Source: Polyangiales bacterium
Lineage (GTDB): Bacteria > Myxococcota_A > Polyangia > Polyangiales > Ga0077539
Assembly (NCBI GenBank): GCA_039809605.1
Contig: JBDHVF010000001.1
Coordinates: forward strand, 1 to 56,372
Direction: 5' to 3'
Length of the DNA stretch: 56,372 nucleotides
The translations under genes were made by a program, and so were the position numbers. Below are positions 19,836-28,219 of the stretch, piece after piece. Positions within the stretch are counted from its first letter, which is position 1; every line of letters begins with the position of its first letter. The notes under the pieces are model-generated. The model had not been told where the DNA came from. It saw nothing but the letters and a program-made list of their open reading frames with translations, and made no database searches.

Positions 19836-20472
19836 GCCCTCCCCCCGTCCCCCTCCCGCGGACGCGGGAGGGGGTGCCTCGGAGTAGCCTGCATACCCTC
19901 ACCCCCCGCCCTCTCCCGCGAGGTCGCGGGAGAGGGAGCGCTGCCGCGTACGAGGTGACGACCTCGACGTGGCGTCGTCGGCGTGAGGGAGCGACGACCG
20001 CGAGCTCGAGACGACCTCGACGACCCCATCACGCGATCACGCGGCGCCCCGAAGGGGCCGCATCCCTGCACCGCGTCGGCGGCTCGACGCCGGGTTTGAG
20101 CAACCCCAACGCTCGTATCACGCGCGACAGCACCCCCGTCACGCCCGCATCACGCGCGCGACAGCGCCCCCGTCACGCCCGCATCACGCGCGCGACAGCA
20201 CCCCCGTCACGCCCGCATCACGCGCGCGACAGCACCCCGTCACGCCCGCATCACGCGCACGGCAGCACCCCCGTTACGTCGCCACCCCGCACGCGGCAGC
20301 GCACCCGTCACGTCGCCACCCCGCACGCGGCAGCGCACCCGTCACGTCGCCACCCCGCACGCGGCAGCGCTCCCTCTCCCGCGACCTCGCGGGAGAGGGC
20401 GGGGGGTGAGGGTATGCAGGCTACTCCGAGGCACCCCCTCCCGCATCCGCGGGAGGGGGACGGGGGGAGGGC
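19836..20472. repeat. Composite palindromic element, copy 1
   Basis: The 113-bp terminal inverted repeats (19836-19948 and 20360-20472) match at 112/113 positions by hand reverse-complement. Each arm contains two GC hairpins. The element begins 1 nt after the trxA stop and ends on the acylase stop codon. Confidence 0.9.
20113..20370. repeat. 34-bp tandem array (~7.5 units, two subtypes) inside element copy 1
   Basis: Unit starts are at 20139, 20173, 20207 (33 nt), 20240, 20274, 20308 and 20342. Subtype A is TCACGCCCGCATCACGCGCGCGACAGCACCCCCG. Subtype B is TCACGTCGCCACCCCGCACGCGGCAGCGCACCCG. The last unit merges into the right arm. Confidence 0.9.
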
Positions 20473-23108
20473 TACGGCGCGATCGTCGCGCGCTCGCGCG
20501 CCGCGGCGTCGACGTCGGCGCGCGTGAAGGGCAGCGGGCGGTAGCGCCCGTTGACCCAGTCGTCCTGGGTGTCGAGCCAGTGGCGGTCGCCCGGCACCCC
20601 CGAGTTCCCGATCGGAAAGCTCACCACGGCCGACGGCGCGCCGTCGTCGCCGAACGACACCACCATGCGGTAGACGGCGCCCGCGCGCGACTCGTGGAAC
20701 ATCCGCGGCGCGGCCCCGTCGAGCACGGGCCCCTGCGAGACGTTCACCGTGCCGATGGAGCCCTCGGTCTGGGAGCTCCCGGCGTCGAAGGGCCCCGCGG
20801 GGTCGAACATCGGCCGCAGCAGCGTGCGGTGAAAGTCGCGCCAGCGGTAGCGCGACGGCTCCGCGCCCCCGAAGCGCGTCACGAGCCACGCGCGCGTCTC
20901 GTCGAGCGCGCGTAGCGCGAGCGCGTCGCGGCCCTCCTGCATGTAGCGGTCGGCCTGCGCGTACCGGCGGTTGAGCGTCATCGCCGAGACCTTGAGCATG
21001 AAGGTCGGCTCGCGAGACCCCACCGCGTCGAAGAGGAGCTGCACGTCGTCGCGCAGCACGTCGCGCGCGAGCAGGTGCTGGTAGACCTCGAAGGCCACCG
21101 GCGCCGCCTCGTCGCGCGACATGCGGCGGTCCCACCCGGCGAGCAGATCGTAGAGCGCTGCGACGCCCGCGTCGTCGCGGTAGCGCCGCAGTGACGGGTC
21201 ATTGCCCGCGCGCTCCCACGCGCCCTGGAGCACGGGCAGCACCTCGTCGGAGAGGAGGTTGCGCGTGTCGGTCTGAAGCGCCTGCATGTCGTCGACGGTG
21301 ACGCGGCCTCGCGCCGTGAGCCGCGAGAGCTCCCGCTCGATGCGCGCGGCGCGCGTGCCGGGGTCGAACCACGTGCCGTAGTAGAACGGGTCGTCGTCGG
21401 TGCGCCCGTCGCCGGTGAACCCGAAGGGGTCGTTGTTCGCCGACACGAGGAAGCCCCGCGCCCCGCCGCGGCTGTGCGGCTGCCGGTCGGCGCCGAGGAG
21501 CGCGCCCGTCCACACCGCGCGCGCGTCGCGCCCGTCGAGCGCCGCCGCGGGCTGGGGCATGGTGCGGGGGTCGCCGCGGTCGGGCAGCAGCACGTTCGAC
21601 CGGTACGCGATGCCCCGCGCGTCGGCGGCCACGAAGTTGAACGACGCGATCTCGCTACCGCGCGCGGCCTCGTCGAACTCGTCGACGGTCGACGCGCGGT
21701 CGAAGCCGAAGAACATCGCGGCGTCGCTCGTCGCGCGAAAGCCCGGCCACCCGAAGAGCAGCCGCTCGTCGCCGCTCGTCACGGGCACCGGGGTGATGTC
21801 CGTCGGCAGGAGCACGCCCCGCTCGGGCACCGTCTCGACCGCGTACTCGTTCGTCGGTTCGCCCCGCACCTCGATGCGCTCGACGCAGCGGCGCACCGGG
21901 TACTCGCGGCCCGCGAGCGTGATCGAAGTGCCCGCGTAGGGCACGCGCCAGATGTCCATCGCGTCGGGGTACGCGGTGGTGGCCGTCCACCCGACGCGGC
22001 GGTTGTGACCGAGGTGAACGCCCGGCGCGCCCGCGAAGGAGAAGCCCACGACGTCGAACGTTCCGCCGCGCGCGGCGCTGTTCATGTGCTGCGCCCAGAA
22101 CACCGACGGCGTGCGAATGGGCTGGTGCGGATCGCCCGCCAGCAACGGTCGCCCGTTGAACGTGTGCCGCCCGTCGACCGCCCAGTTGTTGCTCGCTCCG
22201 TGGGGCTGCGGCGCCGCCCGGTCGAGCATCGCGTCGAGGCGCGCGAGGAGGCCCGGCTCGATCGTTCGGCGCCGGGCGGTCTCGGTGCGCGGAGCGCGGG
22301 GGTGGCGCGCGCGGGCGCGTCGCGCCATGGTCGCGGCGTGCGGACGCTCGTCGGGCGGCATGATGAACGCGTCGGTGAGCGCGCGCATGAGGGGCAGCTC
22401 GGCGGCCTCGGGGAGCAGGCCCGTCATCACCGTCGCGAGCAGGTCGTAATCGAGCTGGTTGGCGTTCTGAAAGAGCAGGAGGCGAGAGACGAGGTAGGGG
22501 TCGTCGACGGTCCAGGGCGAGGGCCTGAAGTCGAACTCCGACGGGCCGAAGCCCGTGGGAAGTGTCGCTCCGGGCGCGGTGACCTCGGCGACGCGGCGGT
22601 TGACGCCCGCGACCCACGCGTCGATGAGCCGGTGGATCTCGGGGTGCTCGCGGCGCACGCGCTCGCCGCTCTGCGCGCCCCAGTAGGGGACGCCCATGAG
22701 GCGAACGAGCTGATCCTGCGAGAGCTTCTCGTGGCCGATCACCGCTGCGAGGGTGCCGCGCGCCGAGCGGCGCATGAGCTCCATCTGAAAGAGCCGGTCG
22801 ACCGCCTGCGTGTAGCCCGAGGCGTAGAAGAGGTCCTCGTCGTTGGACGCGTAGATGTGGGGGATGCCCAGCGCGTCGCGCACGACCTCGACGGGCGCCG
22901 ACAGCCGCCGGAACGTCGGGGAGCGGTCGCCCGCGGGGATCGCCTCGCAGCCCGCGTTCACGCTCGCGTCGGGCGTCGTGGCAGGTGTTGAATCGCGGGG
23001 CGCGTCGGGCGGGGACGCGTCGGCGGGCGCGTCGGGGGACGATCCGCAGCCGAGGGCGCAGAGCGCGAACGCGCCCGCGGCCCGCGCGAAGAGGGTGCGC
23101 ACGTGCAT
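20472..23108 (-). CDS. Penicillin acylase family (Ntn-hydrolase) protein, lipoprotein-type signal
   Basis: Start set at ATG 23108 (MHVRTLFARAAGAFALCALGCGSS); 878 aa. The autoproteolytic nucleophile context GASNNWAV is typical of penicillin/AHL acylases. Confidence 0.88.
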   Translation of the reverse strand: MHVRTLFARAAGAFALCALGCGSSPDAPADASPPDAPRDSTPATTPDASVNAGCEAIPAGDRSPTFRRLSAPVEVVRDALGIPHIYASNDEDLFYASGYTQAVDRLFQMELMRRSARGTLAAVIGHEKLSQDQLVRLMGVPYWGAQSGERVRREHPEIHRLIDAWVAGVNRRVAEVTAPGATLPTGFGPSEFDFRPSPWTVDDPYLVSRLLLFQNANQLDYDLLATVMTGLLPEAAELPLMRALTDAFIMPPDERPHAATMARRARARHPRAPRTETARRRTIEPGLLARLDAMLDRAAPQPHGASNNWAVDGRHTFNGRPLLAGDPHQPIRTPSVFWAQHMNSAARGGTFDVVGFSFAGAPGVHLGHNRRVGWTATTAYPDAMDIWRVPYAGTSITLAGREYPVRRCVERIEVRGEPTNEYAVETVPERGVLLPTDITPVPVTSGDERLLFGWPGFRATSDAAMFFGFDRASTVDEFDEAARGSEIASFNFVAADARGIAYRSNVLLPDRGDPRTMPQPAAALDGRDARAVWTGALLGADRQPHSRGGARGFLVSANNDPFGFTGDGRTDDDPFYYGTWFDPGTRAARIERELSRLTARGRVTVDDMQALQTDTRNLLSDEVLPVLQGAWERAGNDPSLRRYRDDAGVAALYDLLAGWDRRMSRDEAAPVAFEVYQHLLARDVLRDDVQLLFDAVGSREPTFMLKVSAMTLNRRYAQADRYMQEGRDALALRALDETRAWLVTRFGGAEPSRYRWRDFHRTLLRPMFDPAGPFDAGSSQTEGSIGTVNVSQGPVLDGAAPRMFHESRAGAVYRMVVSFGDDGAPSAVVSFPIGNSGVPGDRHWLDTQDDWVNGRYRPLPFTRADVDAAARERATIAP

Positions 23109-23176
23109 GGGCTCAACGGGTATCACCCACGCGCGCGCTTGCGAAGGGTGTCGGGTGTGATAGCCGTCCCGCGTCG

Positions 23177-24034
23177 ATGACCCGCAGCACACCCGCCACC
23201 GTGGCCTCCGTGGCGATCCTCGCGACGCTCCCGCTCCTGGCGCAGCCGCGGCGCCGACGTCCGCCCGCGGTGCCTCCGCCCGTCGACCGGGTGGTCGTGC
23301 CCGCGGGGCCGTTCACCATGGGCAGTGACACCGGCGGCGAGCCCGACGAGCGGCCCTCGCACACGCGCACGCTCCCGGCGTTTCGCATCGACCGCCACGA
23401 GGTCACGCGCGAGGACTACTTTCGCTGCGTGCGCGCGGGCCGCTGCCAGGACGCGTGGGCGCGTCCCACGTGGACCGACCCCCATGGGCCGGTGACGGGC
23501 GTGTCGTGGTTCCAGGCGCGGACGTACTGCGCGTGGGCGAGCGGGAGGTTGCCCACCGAGGCCGAGTGGGAGAAGGCCGCGCGAGGCACCGACGGGAGGC
23601 GGTTTCCGTGGGGCAACGATCCTCCGACGCGGGAGCGAGCGGTGTACGGGCTGCGCATGAACATCGGGCAGCCCGAGCCCGTGGGGTCGCACCCGTCGGG
23701 GGCGTCTCCGTACGGCGCGCTCGACATGGCGGGCAACGTCTGGGAGTGGACCGAGAGCGTCTACGACCCCTACGCGTACCGCTACCCCGAGACGGTGCCC
23801 ACGTGCGCGACGGCCGACGCCGCCTACCGCGACCTTCGGCGACTCAACCTCTGGGCCTTCGCGGGCGCGATGGGCCTGCCGCCCGTCGGCGAGTGCCACC
23901 GCACGCTCCGCGGCGGCGCGTGGAACTACTGGCCCGACGGACTGCGAAGCTCCAACCGCGTGCACCACAAGCCCGAGGGGCGCTACCCGGTGAGCGGCTT
24001 CCGGTGCGCCGACGATTCCACGGGCGGGTCGTGA
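23177..24034 (+). CDS. Formylglycine-generating enzyme (SUMF1/FGE-sulfatase) family protein
   Basis: 285 aa from ATG 23177. Motifs include RPSHTRTLPAFRIDRHEVT, VSWFQARTYCAWASGRLPTEAEWEKAARG, GNVWEWTES and LRGGAW. Confidence 0.88.
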   Translation: MTRSTPATVASVAILATLPLLAQPRRRRPPAVPPPVDRVVVPAGPFTMGSDTGGEPDERPSHTRTLPAFRIDRHEVTREDYFRCVRAGRCQDAWARPTWTDPHGPVTGVSWFQARTYCAWASGRLPTEAEWEKAARGTDGRRFPWGNDPPTRERAVYGLRMNIGQPEPVGSHPSGASPYGALDMAGNVWEWTESVYDPYAYRYPETVPTCATADAAYRDLRRLNLWAFAGAMGLPPVGECHRTLRGGAWNYWPDGLRSSNRVHHKPEGRYPVSGFRCADDSTGGS

Positions 24035-24199
24035 GCCGATCAGGCGCGGGAGGGGGACGATGCGTCGACGGGGGTGAAGAGGTGCAGCGACGTGACCTGA
24101 GGGACGCGGCGTAGGAGGGGGGAGGGGTACTGCGCCGGGGCGTGGGGGGTACTGCGCCGGGTCGTCGGGGATGGAGCGCCGAGGGGGACGGGATCTGGG

Positions 24200-25133
24200 C
24201 ACCGGGACGTCGTCCGCTTCCGCCGAACGTCGACCGCGTTGCGATCGCTCCGGGCGCCGCGCGCGTCGTTCAAGTTCTCCGGCGCGATGCCGTTGAGAGT
24301 GAGTGAGCCTTCGACACGTGCCGTGGGGTGGAAGGGGCGTCTCGCGCGTGAGACGACGGCCGCTCCGCGCGGCACCTCCCCTACGCGCCCGCTCGCGGGC
24401 GAAAGGAGTTCCCCTGATGCGAAATCACGCTACGACGGCAGTAACCCAGGACCCGCCGCGCGCGGTGGCGCGGGGCGGGCAGGCGCCCACCAACGACGCC
24501 GCGAACGGCGTGTCCGACGACCCCGAGGTTCGGCGCCAGGTGCAGGCGCTGGCCCTCATCGCGGCGCTGCGCGCCGTGTGGCCGACGCTCGTGCAGCTCA
24601 CCACCGACCAGCGCGAGCGGTCGACCGGGCGGCTCGTCGCCTCGTACGAGACCGGGCTCCGGGCGCTTTTCACGGCGGCCTCGGCGGCGGCGTTCGCCCC
24701 CACGTTCGCGCTGCTCAGGGTCGACGACGAGGCGGGCGCGGCGTCGCCCTTCGACCCCGCCCGCGCCCTCGCGCACCTCGACCGCGCGCTGTCGATGCGC
24801 GAGGTCGCCGCGGAGCTCCGCGCGCTCGCCGACGTGATGGACGACGACGCGCTGCACCACGGCGCGCTCGCGGTCGACGCGGGCCGCGCCGCGCTCAAGA
24901 TCGCGCGCCCGCTCGCCGAGCACAACCCCGAGTTCCGCGCGCTGGTCGGGCACGCGCTCGACGCCTTCACCGCGATGACCGCGCCCGCGCGTCGCGCGAA
25001 GCCCGCCGCCACGCCGCCCGCCCCGAACGGCCACGGCAACCCGCAGCCGTAGCGCCGCCGCCCGTGGCCGCCGCACCGGACGCGCCCGGTGCGACGGCCG
25101 CTTCGCTCGCCCTCATCAGACCCGTCGTCGCCC
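24200..25133. repeat. Left copy of a ~0.93-kb direct repeat
   Basis: It aligns by eye with 29540-30480, with scattered substitutions and small indels in the leader. It contains the complete 211-aa gene, its SD and ~215 bp of leader. Confidence 0.9.
24417..25052 (+). CDS. Hypothetical Ala-rich helical protein (copy 1 of 2)
   Basis: 211 aa; ATG 24417 is preceded by AAAGGAG with 8-nt spacing. It differs from the 29764-30399 product at 5 residues. No motif recognised. Confidence 0.7.
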   Translation: MRNHATTAVTQDPPRAVARGGQAPTNDAANGVSDDPEVRRQVQALALIAALRAVWPTLVQLTTDQRERSTGRLVASYETGLRALFTAASAAAFAPTFALLRVDDEAGAASPFDPARALAHLDRALSMREVAAELRALADVMDDDALHHGALAVDAGRAALKIARPLAEHNPEFRALVGHALDAFTAMTAPARRAKPAATPPAPNGHGNPQP

Positions 25134-25164
25134 ACGCGAGAGCGGCGCTTCGACGGGTACCGGG

Positions 25165-25224
25165 TACGTCGCAGAAGTGCCCGTCGCCCGGCCGTGACTG
25201 GAGCGTCGCCGGGTAGCCCTGCGC
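25165..25224 (-). pseudogene. Decayed relic of an esterase 3' end
   Basis: The minus-strand translation AQGYPATLQSRPGDGHFCDV parallels AGFAVTMQLRPGDGHFCDG at the C-terminus of the intact esterase (30485-31456). There is no upstream ORF continuation. Confidence 0.45.
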
Positions 25225-25312
25225 ATGAAATAGTCCTTGACTGCGACTCAGAGGTCGCAGACCCTGCCCTGAATCGTGAGGAATTCCTTCTCACGATCCA
25301 CGGAGGGTAACG

Positions 25313-26959
25313 ATGTTGCAAGCAAGCAGGCGGGCAGCCAGCAACTGGCTGATGCGGTGGCTCCATGTCGCCGCGGTGGTGATGACCGTGGTGCTCTCGC
25401 TGGGCGCGTTGGGGGCTGATTGCAGCCCGTCGCCGCCCGCGTGTGGGGTCGACGGAGGCATGGCGGCCGGATGTCCGCAGGGGCAGCACCGCGTGTGCTT
25501 GAACCGGTGCGTGACGTACGTCGGCTCGGGGAGCTCGTGCTCGCTCGACCACTGCACGGGCGACGTGTGCGCGGCGAATCTCGCCTGCGTGCCTGCGAGT
25601 TCGGGCTCGCTCACGGGCACGTGCCAGACCCCCGTGAGCGACCTCGGTTGCGACCCGACCTCAACCACGACACGTTGCTTCGAGGGCACCTTCTGTCAGA
25701 CCCGCGGGACGCAGGCGCAGGTCGACGCGCACACCGCTTGCGCCTTGACGATCTCGGCGCAGAACGGCAAAGCGGGGCTGTGCGTCACACCCGCCCGCGA
25801 GGGGGAGCATTGCGATGGCGAGTGGAACACGGTGATGGCCGGCTCCAGTTCGTTGATCTGCAGCCCTTGCGAGCCAGGCATGGCGTGCGTGGGCGGCATC
25901 TGCCAGCGCAAGTGTACGGCGGACGAGGACTGCCCCTGCACCTCCCCCGATAGCGGTCTCGGTTGCCGCACGGCGCTCCCCGGGTCGGGCACGCGGGTGT
26001 GCGACCTCTGCCGCGGCGACGGCATGAACTGCCAGGGCATCGGACGGCCCAACTTCACCTGCTGCAATGCCTTGTCGAGCTGCAACGCGCAGCACGGAAC
26101 GTTCGAGTGCTGTCGAGCCTCGGGGGCGAGTTGCGACATCAACGTGGCGGGCCAGTGCTGCGAGGGGAAGACTTGCCAGGGCGGCACCTGCCAGACGTGC
26201 GTGGCCCTGGGCTCGAACGCGACCGACGCGCGCGTGTGCTGCGGCACGGACCGCCGCGTGATCGGCGGCGTATGCGCGGCCTGCCGCGTGGGCGGTCAGA
26301 CGGCGGGCAGCGCTTCGGAGTGCTGCTCGGGGCTCACGTTCGACTCGGCGCTGGGGATCTGCAAGACGGGCTGCACGCAGGACCTCAACTCGTGGTGTTC
26401 GGTCTCGGGGGCGATGGCGGGCTCGCAATGTGCGATCGGCAGGGTCACGGACTGTGATCCCATGACGGGCGCACCTGTATGCACGGCCGTGAGCGGACCG
26501 ACGAGCGAGGTGTGCGACGGCGTCGACAACGACTGCGATGGGATGACGGACGAGGACTTCGGGGTTGGCAACACGTGCCTCACCCCGGTGGCGTATGAGG
26601 ACGTCCGCGGGAGTGCTGTGACGCCGTGCCTGAACCAGACGGCCAACGTCCACGGACACCTTCGGTGCGATCGCGCGCACACCGGCACGCAATGCACCGC
26701 CATCCAGGACTACGACTACTGCACGATCTGCGGGCCGGGCGGGAGCGGACCTACGGACATGTACGGCCGGACCACCATGAACTGTGGTGCCTGCCCGGGA
26801 AACCCCGGCGATCCGTGCAGCAGCCCGAGCAACCTCTGCACGCCCAACGGGCACTGCAACTCGTTCGGAGGCATGTACAACTGTTACAACTCCACATGCC
26901 TCACCCCGTGGGCGTGCTGGTCCTCGGCGGATATCGGCACCGAGAGCTGCCCGCAGTGA
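25313..26959 (+). CDS. Secreted cysteine-rich protein (67 Cys in 548 aa) with one CDGxDNDCDGxxDE motif
   Basis: GGAGGG lies 6 nt before ATG 25313. An N-terminal hydrophobic signal (WLHVAAVVMTVVLSLGALGA) is present. Cysteines were counted by hand. EVCDGVDNDCDGMTDED matches the myxobacterial putative metal-binding Cys repeat. Confidence 0.8.
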   Translation: MLQASRRAASNWLMRWLHVAAVVMTVVLSLGALGADCSPSPPACGVDGGMAAGCPQGQHRVCLNRCVTYVGSGSSCSLDHCTGDVCAANLACVPASSGSLTGTCQTPVSDLGCDPTSTTTRCFEGTFCQTRGTQAQVDAHTACALTISAQNGKAGLCVTPAREGEHCDGEWNTVMAGSSSLICSPCEPGMACVGGICQRKCTADEDCPCTSPDSGLGCRTALPGSGTRVCDLCRGDGMNCQGIGRPNFTCCNALSSCNAQHGTFECCRASGASCDINVAGQCCEGKTCQGGTCQTCVALGSNATDARVCCGTDRRVIGGVCAACRVGGQTAGSASECCSGLTFDSALGICKTGCTQDLNSWCSVSGAMAGSQCAIGRVTDCDPMTGAPVCTAVSGPTSEVCDGVDNDCDGMTDEDFGVGNTCLTPVAYEDVRGSAVTPCLNQTANVHGHLRCDRAHTGTQCTAIQDYDYCTICGPGGSGPTDMYGRTTMNCGACPGNPGDPCSSPSNLCTPNGHCNSFGGMYNCYNSTCLTPWACWSSADIGTESCPQ

Positions 26960-28155
26960 AGCACCTCGCGTCGATCGGCATCGTGTTCCTCACGGCGTGG
27001 CTCCTCGGCTGCGCCGGCACCGTGAGCGCCTCTGCGGGCGACGCGGCGCCGGTCGACGTGCGGTCCGACGCCACGGACGGTCCCAGCGACGCGTCGGACG
27101 CGGGCCTCACGGTGGTGCGCGGCACCGTTGCGATGGGCTCGTCCCACGCCTGCGCGCTCGACGAGCGGGGGGCCGTGTGGTGCTGGGGCTCGAATGACTA
27201 CGGGCAGCTCGGCGACGGCACCACCAACTCGCACCCCACGCCCGTGCGGGCGGTTGGTATCGAGGGGGCGGTGCAGGTGGCGGTGGGACATGTGTCGAGC
27301 TGCGCGGTGCTCCGCGATGGGACCGTACGTTGCTGGGGCATGACGCTGACGCGCTCCATCGAACCGGGCCCGCGGATCCCTCGTGATGCGCTCACGCTGA
27401 TGCCCCAGGCGGTCGCGAACCTCGACCGAGTGCAGTCCGTGGCCGTCCAATCGGGCACAGGTGTGGAGGGGGGCCTCGCCTGTGCGGTGCGCGACGACGG
27501 CAGCGTCTGGTGCTGGGGCAACACGGCGCGTGTTCCGGGGTACCTGGAGGTTCGAACCGCGGCACCTACCGGCCCCTCGACGCTGACAGGGATCACCGCG
27601 CTCGGCTTCGAGTCCTTCTACAAGTGCGCCCGGGCGCGGGTTGGCACCGTCACCTGCTGGGATCTACGCCCCTGGGATCCGACGTTCCCGAGGGCGCCGG
27701 TGATGCTTGACGGCGTGACCGACGCCCTCGACCTCGCAGGCGGGCAGGAACACCTCTGCGTGCTGTCGCGCACGGGCACTGTGCGCTGCATGGGCGACAA
27801 CAGGTTCGGCGAACTCGGCGACGGGAGCGATCAGCCCAGCCTCCGTGCCTTCGTCACGGTGCGCGGCCTCTCCGACGCGGTTGCCATCTCGTCGGGCGGC
27901 AGCGTCACGACCGTTGCGCTGCGCTCCGACGGCACCGTGGTCCAGTGGGGCAGCGGCGACTCGCGCCTGCGCGCGTTGGCGGCGGTCGCTGGCCTTCACG
28001 ACATTATCGACGTGTCGATGAGCTTCGCGTCGGCCTGCGCTCGCCGCACCGACGGGGCCGTACTCTGCTGGGGCCTCAATGGCGACGGTCAGCTCGGCGA
28101 CGGCACACTCCGCGGCCATGCGGACGCACGGCCGGTCGTAGGCCTCGGCCGCTGA
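26956..28155 (+). CDS. RCC1-repeat (beta-propeller) lipoprotein, paralogue 1
   Basis: GTG 26956 overlaps the upstream TGA (GTGA). The lipobox is VFLTAWLLGC. Repeated ...CALxxxGxVxCWGxNxxGQLGDG... units are present; 399 aa. Confidence 0.85.
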   Translation: MKHLASIGIVFLTAWLLGCAGTVSASAGDAAPVDVRSDATDGPSDASDAGLTVVRGTVAMGSSHACALDERGAVWCWGSNDYGQLGDGTTNSHPTPVRAVGIEGAVQVAVGHVSSCAVLRDGTVRCWGMTLTRSIEPGPRIPRDALTLMPQAVANLDRVQSVAVQSGTGVEGGLACAVRDDGSVWCWGNTARVPGYLEVRTAAPTGPSTLTGITALGFESFYKCARARVGTVTCWDLRPWDPTFPRAPVMLDGVTDALDLAGGQEHLCVLSRTGTVRCMGDNRFGELGDGSDQPSLRAFVTVRGLSDAVAISSGGSVTTVALRSDGTVVQWGSGDSRLRALAAVAGLHDIIDVSMSFASACARRTDGAVLCWGLNGDGQLGDGTLRGHADARPVVGLGR

Positions 28156-28219
28156 CCCCTCCCCGCGGGCGTGGCGTATCGTGCGGTGCGCCACGCCCGC
28201 AACTCCCCCGGAGGACCCG

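Noticed and set aside
20113-20370. Possible CRISPR array (regular 34-bp periodicity); also 36072-36152
   Set aside because: The units are directly abutting tandem repeats with no unique spacers between them. No cas genes are nearby, and the arrays sit inside long inverted repeats.
19874-20527. ORFs translated through the palindromic elements (19874-20527 plus, 19385-20071 minus, 35957-36526 plus, 35838-37307 minus)
   Set aside because: Their sequences are just the translated hairpins and tandem repeats (…PLPRGRGRG…, repeated HARITRA or ASANGEER units), and they read equally well on both strands. They have no start context or independent coding signal.
24425-25552. 375-aa minus ORF (and its twin 29772-31139) antisense to the duplicated 211-aa gene
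   Set aside because: The translation is Ser/Arg/Ala-rich nonsense. The plus-strand 211-aa frame has a strong SD (AAAGGAG) and natural helical composition. In the right copy, the minus ORF is merely an out-of-frame extension into the esterase gene region.
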